A stretch of 55,938 nucleotides of DNA, taken from contig CAJNYD010000045.1 of NCBI GenBank assembly GCA_905331295.1, positions 1 through 55,938 on the forward strand. Direction: 5' to 3'. The DNA comes from Rotaria socialis (Eukaryota). A program made the position numbers and the translations under genes. This document shows, piece by piece, positions 12,156-24,515 of this stretch (the stretch's first letter is position 1; every line of letters starts with the position of its first letter). The notes below the pieces were generated by a model. The model saw only the letters and a program-made list of their open reading frames with translations, ran no database searches and had not been told where the DNA came from.

Positions 12156-14067
12156 ATTCACCCAGTTGCTAGGATCTCGACCGAGGGCGAATAGGAGAAT
12201 CTCAAAAACCTCGATTTAACCTTTCATTCAGCGTATGTAAATGATTTCTAAATTAACACAAGTTATGAAGCAATATAAATACTAGTTGCTATCGTTTCTT
12301 CGTAGCTATAAACTACATACTATAGTACTGTCTTATAATTTGCACTGGTATTTTTTCCCCTCATGTATTGTTCAATAGACTGGCAACAATGAAATTAGAA
12401 TCGTTTGTATTCGCGTTTAAAATTTCAATTCCATGTAAACAATATACTAACGGCAGATGAAAGTGCTTAGCTAGTTTTTATATCGATCTGTTTTATCTAC
12501 AAGGTGTGTGCAATTGTAACAATTAGACCATTCATCAAACTCTCTCACGTATAAACTGTCAAATAAGATAAATTACATTAGAAGCATGAAAAATCATAGC
12601 CTTGATAGATGATCGTATTAGATTACAAATTCGAAGACGCTGAAAACAATAACAAAAGCAAAAGAAAGGAACAAATCTAGTGATGCATGTCAAAACAAAA
12701 AGTATTGATATCCTATTTATCTCATCTTCATGTTTTTTACGTTGATAGTTAAAGCAAGGTACACTTTACGTATTCTCGCTAACCATCACTAATCAATTCA
12801 TATTTGTATTGGCTTTTTATATAATAAAAAATATTTAATAAAATGTTGCTGTTATTCTGAGTTTTCGATAGTGTAATCTATGGAATATTAACCCAATGAA
12901 TAACTATTTTTCCTAGCTTGAAAATTTTAATTAATCATTGTATTTCTATAAATGCATTTTTTATGCAACCATTTGTGATTGAGCTTGAATTCGTTTCAAA
13001 TTGAATCATTCTGCTATTTCTTATTAATAAATCAGTAATTGTATGAATAATTACATGTGCTTAAAAATAGTTTTTCTCTTACTCATGTTACTATTGAATA
13101 AATCATTCTTACCTTTCATCGATGGCGATGAAAGAATCGTTAAAAAATGTCCATTGAAGTCTTTACAAACAAAAATATGTGCAAAAATGAGTCACTATCA
13201 TGTGCAACACGCCTACTTTCTTCATCTTTCTGTGTTAAACATGTGAGTTAAATCATTGCCTCAGAGCTGTAAAAATTGTTTCTTATCATTTATATCACAA
13301 AACACTCATTCGTTTCGTGTACATATACATATTTAACGGTATGCAGAATCGAAAAAGGCAACAAACTTCATATTACCAAACAGAGTAGACAAAACAAGTT
13401 ATTTATCGAGTCTCTCGTTGGCATTTGTTAAGTATCCGCTTTCTTCATATATTACCGAGTGCATCTTTGTTGACGAAAATAGAATGAGACTGAAATATGG
13501 TGATTAGTTAATTTAAGAATGAATCACTCAGTGTTTTATCCAAGATTTTGATGTATGGCGGATCTCTGCTTCAGAGAACGGGATCCAGACTAATCTAAAA
13601 TCCTGGATTAAACATAAGTAAATATCATTGCTAGTTTATATACGTTACTTTTATCGAATTCACGTGTTTTGTTTCTATCAGCAAAGATAACATCCATCGN
13701 GACAGATCAAAACAAAGATGAGACATTTCACCACTGCTCGTAAACATTTGATGAAAATAGTATTTTCTTTTCCACATCGGACATCCTTTATCGATGACAA
13801 CAAAGTAAATATCATTGCTAGTTTATATACGTTACTTTTATCGAATTCACGTGTTTTGTTTCTATCAGCAAAGATAACATCCATCGAATAATATTAAGGT
13901 TGTATTTGCTCTTATTTTTACATTTCAAATATTTTTATTCGAACCTTTGCACTTCTATTACATTTTTATACTTAAACTTTTCGTGAAGATTTTTCAACGA
14001 ATCTATGTTCTTTTTTTGTTATCTTTCTTGATCGATCAATATTCATTAACTCTTGGTTTGATAGATC

Positions 14068-17000
14068 ATGCGGCAAATATACAATCCACCGGCGGTGGCA
14101 TCTCGACAACCACCGGTTTCAAATACTTTACTAAATTCTTCTATGTCACCCTCAAGAAACAGTATCTTACCTCCTCGATCATCCTATCGTCCAGACTCGT
14201 TTGGTCGTTATTTAAATCAACAAGCTTTTGTAAAGCCTATTCGAGGACGTGCCTTATTCAGTCGTTCCATTCATCGTATAATTGAACAAATTCGAGATAA
14301 AAAACAACGCATGAAAAATGATCAACAAGTATTTTCGACATACGAAGAAGCTATAAGCATTTTTAGTGATCTAACATTTATGAAATGTGTTGTGTTAAAG
14401 AAGAAATTATTAGATTCAAATAGTCGAACATGGACTATTGAATTTGCACGTGAAGGAGGTTTACATGCATTACTTTCTTATCTTGAACAAACTTCAAACA
14501 GAGGTTTAACACTTGTCGATGCTATACTTATTAATGAAACATTGCAATGTCTTCGTGCCATGATGAATATAGGTGAATTATTTCAACATATGGCGTCAAA
14601 CCTACAATATATTGATTCAGTAGCAAAAGGTAAAAAACAATTTTAAACATTTTCGATTAGGAAAAGTGCTTCTTTTTTTCTTGTAGTTTTAAGAATTCCA
14701 TCAGTCGAAATTCGCATGCGTGTATTTGAATTATTAACTGCATTATGTGTTTATTCAAATGATGGGTATCAATTAGTTCTTCACGCATTACAAGATTTTC
14801 AGGTAAATATATAATTGAAAATTCCTAATGTATTTGAAATAAGTAGGAAAATTAAAACAAAAAATTTAGCTACAACAAGAATCGAAAAAGGTATATTGAG
14901 TGTGTTTGCTCAATTTGTTTTGTTGTGTGAAGGCTGATCGAACTAGTTGTGTGATCTACTATTTTGCTTTATTTTTTTCTTCTTCTTAAGACGCGTGATA
15001 AATTACCAAATGTATTTGCGGTTATTCTTGAACAAATTAAATCCGCTGCTATGTCTAAACATAAATGGTCAGCTATTGCTCTACTCAATAGCATTTTATC
15101 ATCTACAGAAGCTATTGAAAGACGACTTTCTTATAGAAATATACTTATTTGTGAGTATAGACATCGTTGATTTTATATCGTTCAAAATTATCAAGAAATT
15201 TTTCTAGCCGATGGAATAATATCAACTTTAGAGAAAGCTCGAGATGATAATGATGTTGATCTTAATGTTCAAATTGATACATTTTTTGAAGATCAAAAAG
15301 ACGATCAAGAAGAATTTTTAGAAAATTTCAACTCAAATGATAATCAATCTATTACTCAAGCTATTCAATTACAAGTTTGTTATTGAAAAAACAAAATCTT
15401 ATTCGTAAAATGACCTGAATCTATTTCCTGCTTTTAGTTTACCCCTAATTCACATGAGTCAGCTATTTTTCTCACAACAATGCAGCTTCTATATTCTACT
15501 TTAACATCAGCGACATCCGATGAACGGTATCCAATGAATAAATTCTAAAAGCTTTCTTTTTTTCTATCTGATTGCCTTCTAGAGAAAAAGTTCTTCAAAG
15601 TCTTCTTCAATCGATTTCCAATGCAACAAAAAATACCCCCGAGAAAAAACTAATCGAACAAGGATCACAAACAGATACAATGCCCGAGCTCGATACTAAA
15701 GTTTCCTCTACTTATCACAAAATTCCTAACGTTCCAATATCGACTACAGCCATTATAAATGAACAATACTGTCAAAAGCCAAGTGGTATTCAATCGCCTT
15801 CCATATTAATCAGCACATCAAAATTGATCAACACTCAACTTCCTTCGAGTGAATCCTCTGTTTCTGTAACGGTTCCGACTTCGTCATTCCCTGCAGACTT
15901 ACAAGCAACAACTTCAGTTATAACTCTACCACCCCATCCTCCACCACCACCACCAAACTTTCTAGGAGGAGGACCACCTCCTCCTCCTCCTCCTCCACCA
16001 CCACCAAACTTTCTAGGAGGAGGACCACTTCCTCCTCCTCCTCCACCACCGCCAGGCTTTTTAGGAATGGCATCACCTCCACCACTCGGACAGTTGGCTG
16101 GTAACTCATCTATTACTGGTCTGTCTGTTTTAGTTGATAGTATTCCTAAGCCTAAAGGCAAATTGAGACGGTTACAGTGGAAAAAGCTAGCACACACTAT
16201 TCTTAGTATGTATCATTACTTATTTATTTCTTCCACGATCAAGTTTCTTTTCTCTTGCTTTTCATTCCAGCTAGTAGTAGTTTTTGGATGGATGTGAATA
16301 CAAAAGTTGATAGTCATATTAATTTCTCGCAACTTGAAGATTTTTTTAAAGCCAGCAGTGAAAATAGTAATACACCAGTGACAACCAAGGCAAAAACAAC
16401 AACTGTAAGCTAGAACTTTGCTTTTGGACTAATATTCTTTACATATTTTCATAGATTTTATCTTGTAATCGATCAATTGCTATAAATGTCTTCTTAAAAA
16501 AATTCAGTTTTACTGATATTCCATCATTTGTGAAAGTTCTTCAAGATTCAACATCAAATCTTAATAGCGAATGTCTTCGTATGTTGCTAAAAATTTTACC
16601 AGCTGATGATGAAGTAAATTTGTGAAAAAGAATATTCTTCTTCATCGTTTGTTTTTGTATTTAAAAAACAAAAGATTATCCTTGTTCATGATCATCCACG
16701 AGAAGTTTGGGCAATACCTGAAGAATTCATCCATGAAGTTGGTTTAATTTCATTTTATGATTTCCGTGTTCGAACGCGTATTCTTATTACTGAATTTGAT
16801 GAAACATTCAATGATTTTAAACGAAAATATGAAAAAATAATTCAAATAATCGATTTTCTACAACATGATATATCTATTAAACAATTAGCTCGATCACTAC
16901 TATCCATTGGAGATTTTCTTAATTACGTAAGTAGTTATTGGCTAATATTCTATAGGATTTTTTTTTGATTTAAATTTAACTAGGGTTCCTATGCTGGTAA

Positions 17001-17849
17001 TGCCTTTGGCTTCCGACTAGATGTTTTCAATCAACTGCAAGATATTCGTTCTAGTGACAATAAAAACTTGCTTAGTGTTATGCTCGAAAGTTCACCTGAA
17101 CATTTTAAATTTATTGACACTCTTAAACCAATGCTTGCTGATGATATACAGTAAGAGACAACAACATTAGACGAAGAAGAAAAAAGAACTCTGAGTGCAT
17201 TCAAAACTAAATATTTATTTTTCTAGATTGAAATTAGTAAAATTAGATTATGCGGATTGGAAAAAAAAGATTGATGAAGGTCTTAAACAAATAAATTCGA
17301 TTGAAGATAAACAAATCATTGAACAATACAAACCTTTTTATGAAGTATGGAAAAGAAAACAATTTTTATTTTTATTTTTCTTTCTTTCTGTTTAACCAGC
17401 AATCAAATAGAAAATTAGAAACTAGTCTAAATCCTTTGGTAAATCAATGTGAAACAAAAGAAAAATTTTTAATGAAAGAACTCGGTGAAACAGATTTAAG
17501 TGAATTTAATTATGATTCATGTTGTACTGTCTTTCGACAATTAATCGAAAAAGTTGAAAAAGAAAATAAAGTAAAACTGAGAAAAAATAAAAATTTTAAA
17601 GAACTTTATTTTTGATTATTTTAGGAACGAGAGAAACGTTTAGTATCGAACAAAATATTAGCAAATTCAGTTAAATTATCTACAAAAAAACTAACTGTAA
17701 CAGATAACAATATGAATAAAGCAGCAGATGATAATTTTATGGATTCGCTGATGACAGAACTTAAACAAAAGAAATTCACAACGGTACCCGCTAGACGACG
17801 TCGAGCATGTCTTGATCTTTTGAATACTAGTGATCGCGAATACAAATAG
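14068..17849 (+). CDS. Formin, INF2 (inverted formin-2)-like: DID/FH3, poly-Pro FH1, FH2 and C-terminal DAD; multi-exon
   Basis: DID region WTIEFAREGGLHALL…CLRAMMN…RVFELLTALCVYSNDGY resembles INF2. FH1 repeats of PPPPPPNFLGGG at ~15930-16090. FH2 motifs LRRLQWKK, LLKILP and GDFLNYGSYAGNAFGFRL. DAD-like FMDSLMTELKQKKF followed by basic RRRR. Stop TAG at 17847-17849. Confidence 0.9.
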
Positions 17850-18439
17850 AGACTTCAATGATTCTTTTGTTCTTTTTTTTTGTAATAAATTGCAGTAATT
17901 TTTTTTTAGATATTCTTATCAATAGATGAATTCATTTCATTTCAACCATTAATAAATGGATATTTGATACAAGTGTTCTGTATGTGTGCACTTTTCTATT
18001 GATCAGCATCAATGTTCGGGAAAACAATAGTTTCTTTACTTTGTTCTGTCGCGTTCACGTACCCCGTTGGGTACATGTATCCACTTGAGTTATGTTTGCA
18101 TTTCTACTCGTCTTCATCTCGCGTTCTCTTTCTCTAATGTATTGTATACGAACGATATTATTATTGTTTTAACGATATTCATGAAGCAGAAAACGAAAAA
18201 ACGCATAGCTATCACTTAACTATATATTCACAATCACGAATAATATACTAGTTTAAAAAAAACTTGATTATCGAATGAAAACATCAATTTATTTTGTTCT
18301 TCATTTAAATATTGTTTCGTTCTTCCTTTTATGTTTTCCGGAGAGCTAATTCTGTCATCATGATTGTCGATTAAGGACAAGACATGTATGTGTGTATACA
18401 TAAAATGAAATTGCTAACATTTACTCAAATACAAATCAT

Positions 18440-20450
18440 GAAGACGAAAGGGAGGGAGGGAGAGAGAGAGAGAGAATGACAGAGCATACAACACGAACGA
18501 ACGTCTCGTATTTGTAATAATGATGAATCCACATTCGTCTATAAGCGAAAAAGTGAAAGAGAGAGCTGAAGAGGAAAAGGCGAAAAAGAGCACGAATGAA
18601 ATATAAAAGCAAATAGTCTTTCTACTTAGCTTTTGTGTATGTGGAAGGAGGAGCAAGGAAAAAAGAAAACACCTTGATAGTATTCGCTCTGGGTAAATAG
18701 GCACGTCCGTCAGCAACTATTTCGTCGTCAATTTCACGTTCTCTCTTATTTCGGTTTTTTTCTCGCCAACGCACAGCCGTTTGTTGGTAGAGTGATGATG
18801 GCTAAAAGTGTTTCACCGTAACATTTCTCTTTACTCTTCGTATTTATGTGTGTGTGTGTTCTTACTCTTCTTTTTCGCTCGCCAACAAAGTAAAGTGAAA
18901 GAACGAGAAAACGAATGTGTAGTGTAGTGTTCCGTCTTTGAGATTCCTTTTCTTCTCTTCGCTTCTCAGCACACACATTCACAAGCATTTTTCACTCATA
19001 CACAATAAAAAGAGAGAGATGAAGTATATACGTATGCATGTGTATATATATATGTAGAATAGAGGACATCAACGAATGGTAGATTGGCTCAGACTTCGGA
19101 CATAGACGTTTCTTTTCATTCACCTGTTTTTTTTTCTTCGTAAGTATAGGATAAGTCGGTTACCTTTCTCATGAATGAAACTTTTTCTTACTTATCAGTA
19201 TATAATCGTTATCTTATCAATATCAATTATGATTTCAAAAACGACTTATTCTGCTTTTGAGTTTGACGTTTACGAGAATTAACTAAAAATAATTTTCCGT
19301 TGTTATCGATTATTTTCTAAAGTAATTTTTAATGGAAATTCTAAAATAAATTATTCTATTTTTCAATTTTTTCTTCTTTTTCTTATTGGAAATACTGAAA
19401 TACCATGAAAGGCTTCATAATTGAGAATTTAATCGAAATTCTAATGAGGAAAAAAAAACATATTTGCTTATTAACTTGTATATTTCTTTTCAATAGGTAA
19501 CTCTCAAACGTCTTAGCTTTGTCCTGTCACATCAACGTCCATTAAAATTTCATTCTCGGATTCTTTATTTTTCTTTTCTTATGTTACCCTAACAGATCAA
19601 ACAATATACGTTGTCGTTCTCTTTCTTCTACTGTATTTTCTTTGAGCAAGCATAAGTATTATATTTGCATGTATTCAAATGCGAAGAGCACGTCTAGAGA
19701 GAAAGAGAATGATGAATCTAGATATAGTAAAAGTATATTGAAGCCTATCGTCCATTCGGCGACGACCACCACCAACACCATCATCATACGAAAATTCGTC
19801 TTGTGTTCTTTCGCTCATTTTAATGTTCGCTCGATGTTGAATGAAATAGAGACGAGAGAAAGGTGTACATATATATATATTTAAAAGAGAGAAAGGCAAA
19901 GGAGGAAAAAAAGAGGTAAGAACATATATATATATATATATATACATCAGGGAACAAACGGGTATGAAGCGGGAAAAACGAACCTTACTACTACAACGAA
20001 TGTCTCTTGTCCGTTCAACGAAGGTATACAAAGTAAATACAAAAGAAGAAAGAAAAGAACGCGATGCAATGAAAATTTCAATAGAAGTGCGTTCGTCTTT
20101 ATGTAGACATATACATTTATATATATATATATATATATATAGACGAGAAAAAAAGGGAACAGAACGAATGCTCGAGAGTTAAAGTCACCCTCAGCTACGC
20201 TATCTCTCTTTTCTTTTTTTGGCCTACACATACACCGAAATGCGAAAGAGCATTTCGACGTTGGCAAGTTGATCAAAAAAGGGCAACAACGATTTCTTTC
20301 TTCTTTTTTCATGTTATTCAAAGAGATTTCTCATTGGAAAATCTTATCGGCATTAAACTGTTTGTGTCTGTCTGTGCGCGCGTCAGATTTTTTTTTGTTT
20401 TGCAAATGGAAAACAGCTGTTTCATATTTTAGAAGTTAAAAAAGAAAATC
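18440..20450 (+). promoter_or_regulatory. Microsatellite-rich upstream / 5'UTR region of the HTH-zinc finger gene
   Basis: (GA)n, (TG)n and several (TA)n tracts. Candidate 5'UTR donor GTAAGT at ~19140 and acceptor TTTTAG at ~20432, just upstream of ATG 20455. The short ORFs here are low-complexity. Confidence 0.35.
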
Positions 20451-20454
20451 AATT

Positions 20455-22867
20455 ATGAATTCGTTGGATATACAACAGCAATTAGCCGACCAACGGCGTG
20501 GCCGATACGTACGTGTTAGTGATGTTGATCGTCGATTATTAATTGATACATATAAAAAAGGAGAAGACTTTATTGCACTTGCAAAAAAACTTAATATCAA
20601 ACGATCAACCGGTAAGAAAGGAGGAGAAAAACAAGAAGAACTGTATTTATACTCTTTCCTTTTTTTTATGGTTCCATATTTTCTCGATAGATATATTTAA
20701 GTTACTCTTAACATTTAAGACTATTGCTAAAAGTTACATTAAAGTCTTTCTGAGAATAAATTTTTAAAAATGCTTTTTTGTTTTTGAAGACCGACAATAG
20801 AAATTTCCCCTTTAATTTGAGGTGGGAGAAAAACGACAAGAATCGAACATGTATATTTTTTTATTTTAGCTCGAAGTATTCTTCGAACATTTATTGATGA
20901 GGGTCGCGTATCAGCAAAACAACGTGCTGGTACACGTCTTCGTTTTATAACAGAAGATGAAGCTGAAATGATTCGAGAAATGAAACGTCGCCATCCATTA
21001 ATAACTATTGGTCAAATACAAATGCGTTTGCAACGCACATCAAATCGTGTATTAAGTAAAGCATCGATATCACGTATATTAACAAATAGTATACGCTTGG
21101 GTAAACGTGCTAAACGTTCAGTTGATGGTGAAGACGATCCAGATGGAATGAATGAAACAATGCCTAATGGTAATGATGAATTTATGCAATTATCATCTGA
21201 TGAAAATACAGGCGGAGCAATATTTATCGATGATACAAACGACGATGAAGATGATGATGATGGAATGATGGATAATACTTCATCATTAAATAATCTTGAT
21301 GATTTTCAACGTTTTATGCTACGTAAAACAAGTGTAAACGGTGATGATTCAATGGTCAATGAGAATTTAGAACAATGTGATGATAATGGTTATGCTATAA
21401 CATATCCACAATTGGGCAGTGAAGAAGATGAAGATGAAGTAAAGAAAAACAAAAATTTTAATTCAATTAAAAGAAAAATTAAAATTTTCGATTTTTAGTT
21501 ATCCGATGAAAATGAAATACCAACGCCAGTTGATCTTCGATCTGAAATCGCATCGACACCATCTGCAGTGAATGGTATGTATATATTATATTTAAAAATA
21601 AATCACCAATGAGTTTTCCGAAAAAAAAAAGAAAAAACGAAAAATTCCTTTCTATTAACAAAAGGTAATGGGCCAATATTAAATGAAAATGGCTGTTGGA
21701 ATTTAAGTACAAATGCTGTTAAATCTGAACCTGTCTGTGTATTTGTTAATCGAAATTATGATGAAAATTCTTCTGACAGTGAACATCTACAAGAACAACC
21801 ATTAACAATTGATGAAGAACCAACTAAAACTCCAAATACTAATGCATCAGCGTAAAGTTTCTCTTGTACGAAAAGAAAATTTCTATCGAAAATCTTTTTT
21901 TGTTTTGTTTAGAATCTCGAATTCGCAATCAACCGCTTTTCGACGTGGAAAAAGTTGTCCAATATGTGGAGAAAAAAATTTCTCTCGTCTCTCTCATCAT
22001 CTTACTGTTTCGCATAACCTTCAACGACATGAAATGTTAACGTTACTTGCTTACACTGATCAAAACAACAACAACAACAACAATACTAATAATCATCATC
22101 ATCATCATCCATCAATAGCCAGTGTTAGTGGCAGTTCACCAACAAATACACCATCTATTGCGCTCGATAAAAGTCCACAACAACAAACACCGATTAGTAT
22201 TAATACAAATAATCAACAAATAACATGTCCATCATCGCCATCAAATGAATCAGATAATCATAAAATCAATCAATCATCATCGTTGACAACAACAACAACA
22301 ACACTCACAACGACAAGCTCGTCACCTATTGATAATCAATCGTCAAACTATCTACCTGTAGATGGTAAAAAACGTTTATTATGTCCACGTTGTGATACAT
22401 GGGTCTTGAATTTAACAGATCATTTAATAAAAAAACATCATTTAATATCGAAACAAGAACGTTTACCATTTTTACGTTTGGCACGTAATCGTTATGCAAC
22501 ACCATCATCAACACCAAATCCAATTGCAAATGGAAATGATGAAAAACTCGCAACTAATTCATTTCTTATTAGTCCAGATCATTCATCTCCGAATACAAAT
22601 CAAACAAATGAACAACAATCACAATCTCAACAGCAATCAAATCTTCTTCAACAAGCAGCCAATAGAAAATATCAAAATATTGTGAAAAAATATCGTAAAC
22701 GATTGTTTGCAACAATGCAACCGCCAACATCAAATCATTCAGCAACATCATCATTATCAAATTGTAATACACCAAATAATTCAATTGAAAAATCGACTTC
22801 ACTTTCTTCATATGATCATTCATTGGTTCAATCCAATCTTACATTACCATTACAAGAACAAACATCA

Positions 22868-22899
<32 letters not shown>

Positions 22900-24515
22900 T
22901 GGAAATCATAATCTTTTGACCATGAACAGTATTCAATCGTTATTAAATAATAATTCAAATAATCAGTGTAAACAAGAAAAATTCAAATTTTCATCACTCA
23001 ATGATAATTTTTCAACACGTACTTTTTCGGCAATTAAAACATCTGGTAACAATAATAATGCTAAAGATCAACAACAGGTAAATTGAAATATTATTTACCA
23101 AAGTTTCTTACTTAACCTTTGTTTTATCTGCTTATTGTTAACTGAAAAAGCACGTCCATATTTTTCAACCAAACAATTAATGTTAGGAGGAAATTCATTC
23201 AACTAGAGATGAGCACAGGATCAAATTTTTATGGTTCCGGTCTAGAAAAAGCTGTCCTAGAATTCATTCCTATTCTATCAAAAAACAAAAAAAAGACTCG
23301 CAAATATTTATTTCTTTACTTATTGAGTTGATGATGAGCCTTCGGCATTTTTTGTTGTTGAGATCATGTCTCTTGAAATACATTTTGAGTCATACGATCT
23401 CATTTAAAAACAAGCCTTGATTGTCCCTTGAGAAATTTTGTTTTTCCTTATAAGTCAAGCTTTGTTTCGGTAATATCTATCTCGAGCGGATAAATTGCTT
23501 TTGTATTAAGACTATGTGCAATTGTGAAGACCCAAATAAGCTGTGAATACATTAAAAACATTTCGTGCTCTTAGGGTATAGCTGCGGAGGTAGTGTACTT
23601 TTATGGTATTTTTTAAATGAATGTCGCGGCCTCTCTCTCTCTCTATGTCTCTTAGAAAGATCAGAAAAGCGATTTTTCAAATTTCAACCTGAAGTCTTTT
23701 ATGCAATGAAACCTTAATAAGATTAGTTTGTTGTCTAAGTTGTAGGTCTTTTACTTTTTTTCTTTTCTAACAAGCACACATAAAATCTTTCGATCTCATA
23801 TATGAAATCTAAAAGATACGCTATTGTCTCTGGTGAAATCGAAATTTAGAGATTCTGTTTGGTTTTTTCGAAGAAAAGAACTACAGTTAGGAAGCTTAAC
23901 TCCTATAAGAATTCTCAAGCTTCGTTCTAGAAGGATTTTCCAAACAACAAAATTAGTATAGATGAATATTATACGAATATAAAACTTGAACTTAAATATC
24001 AATCAGAAAACAATGAAACCGTGTTCGTTCAAGATCATAGAAATAGAAATCGTGACATACTATAGTTGTCCCTGAGGCCCTATTTTGATCTTTTGTCTGA
24101 CTCTATGTTCGATTCCAAATGATAGCACGCTGGAGTATAAATTCAAAGGGTAATCTAAACTTTCGCATGACTATAGTTTTATTATGAAACCACATAGCAA
24201 TTTGAAGTTCATATTTGAATGTCATTTTTACAGTTAATCCTATGTTAGTATGGATTCGATTTTGAGTTTGAGTACAATGTTGACATTTATTTTTTATCTG
24301 ATAGCCTTAACTCATCTTTTTGTATTTTTTGTGTCCTTTTTCTCTAGTTGTCAACTCATCAAAAATTTGAACAACGTTTAACGGTATTTCGTCAACAATT
24401 TGCTGTCACATTAGCCATGCAAAATTCTCTCATGCAACAAATGGAATTATTACAAAGAAGTTTTGTCTGCATTGAAGACGAATGGAATGATATGAGAAAG
24501 CAAATTATTTCATAA
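20455..24515 (+). CDS. Putative transcription factor, 773 aa: transposase-type bipartite (paired-like) HTH, acidic linker, two atypical C2H2 zinc fingers, C-terminal coiled coil; 6 exons
   Basis: Exons 20455-20611, 20870-21438, 21499-21574, 21665-21851, 21913-23077 and 24348-24515 splice in frame (2322 nt). HTH: RGRYVRVSDVDRRLLIDTYKKGEDFIALAKKLNIKRSTARSILRTF…ITIGQIQMRL…LSKASISRIL. Fingers: CPICGEKNFSRLSHHLTVSH and CPRCDTWVLNLTDHLIKKHH. No DDE domain seen. Confidence 0.85.

Noticed and set aside
13616..13886. ~84-bp exact direct repeat (13616-13699 and 13803-13886)
   Set aside because: The first copy ends exactly at a single N (13700), typical of a contig overlap or two haplotypes joined by the assembler.
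15835..16197. Gly-rich and Glu/Val-rich minus-strand ORFs
   Set aside because: Antisense shadows of the formin poly-proline FH1 region.
18414..20321. Several 70-125 aa ORFs upstream of the HTH-ZnF gene
   Set aside because: Built on (TA)n and (GA)n microsatellites (YIYIYI, SLSLSL), with no domain content.
22326..22919. Overlapping short ORFs in other frames and strands
   Set aside because: Shadows of the low-complexity exon 5 of the HTH-ZnF gene.
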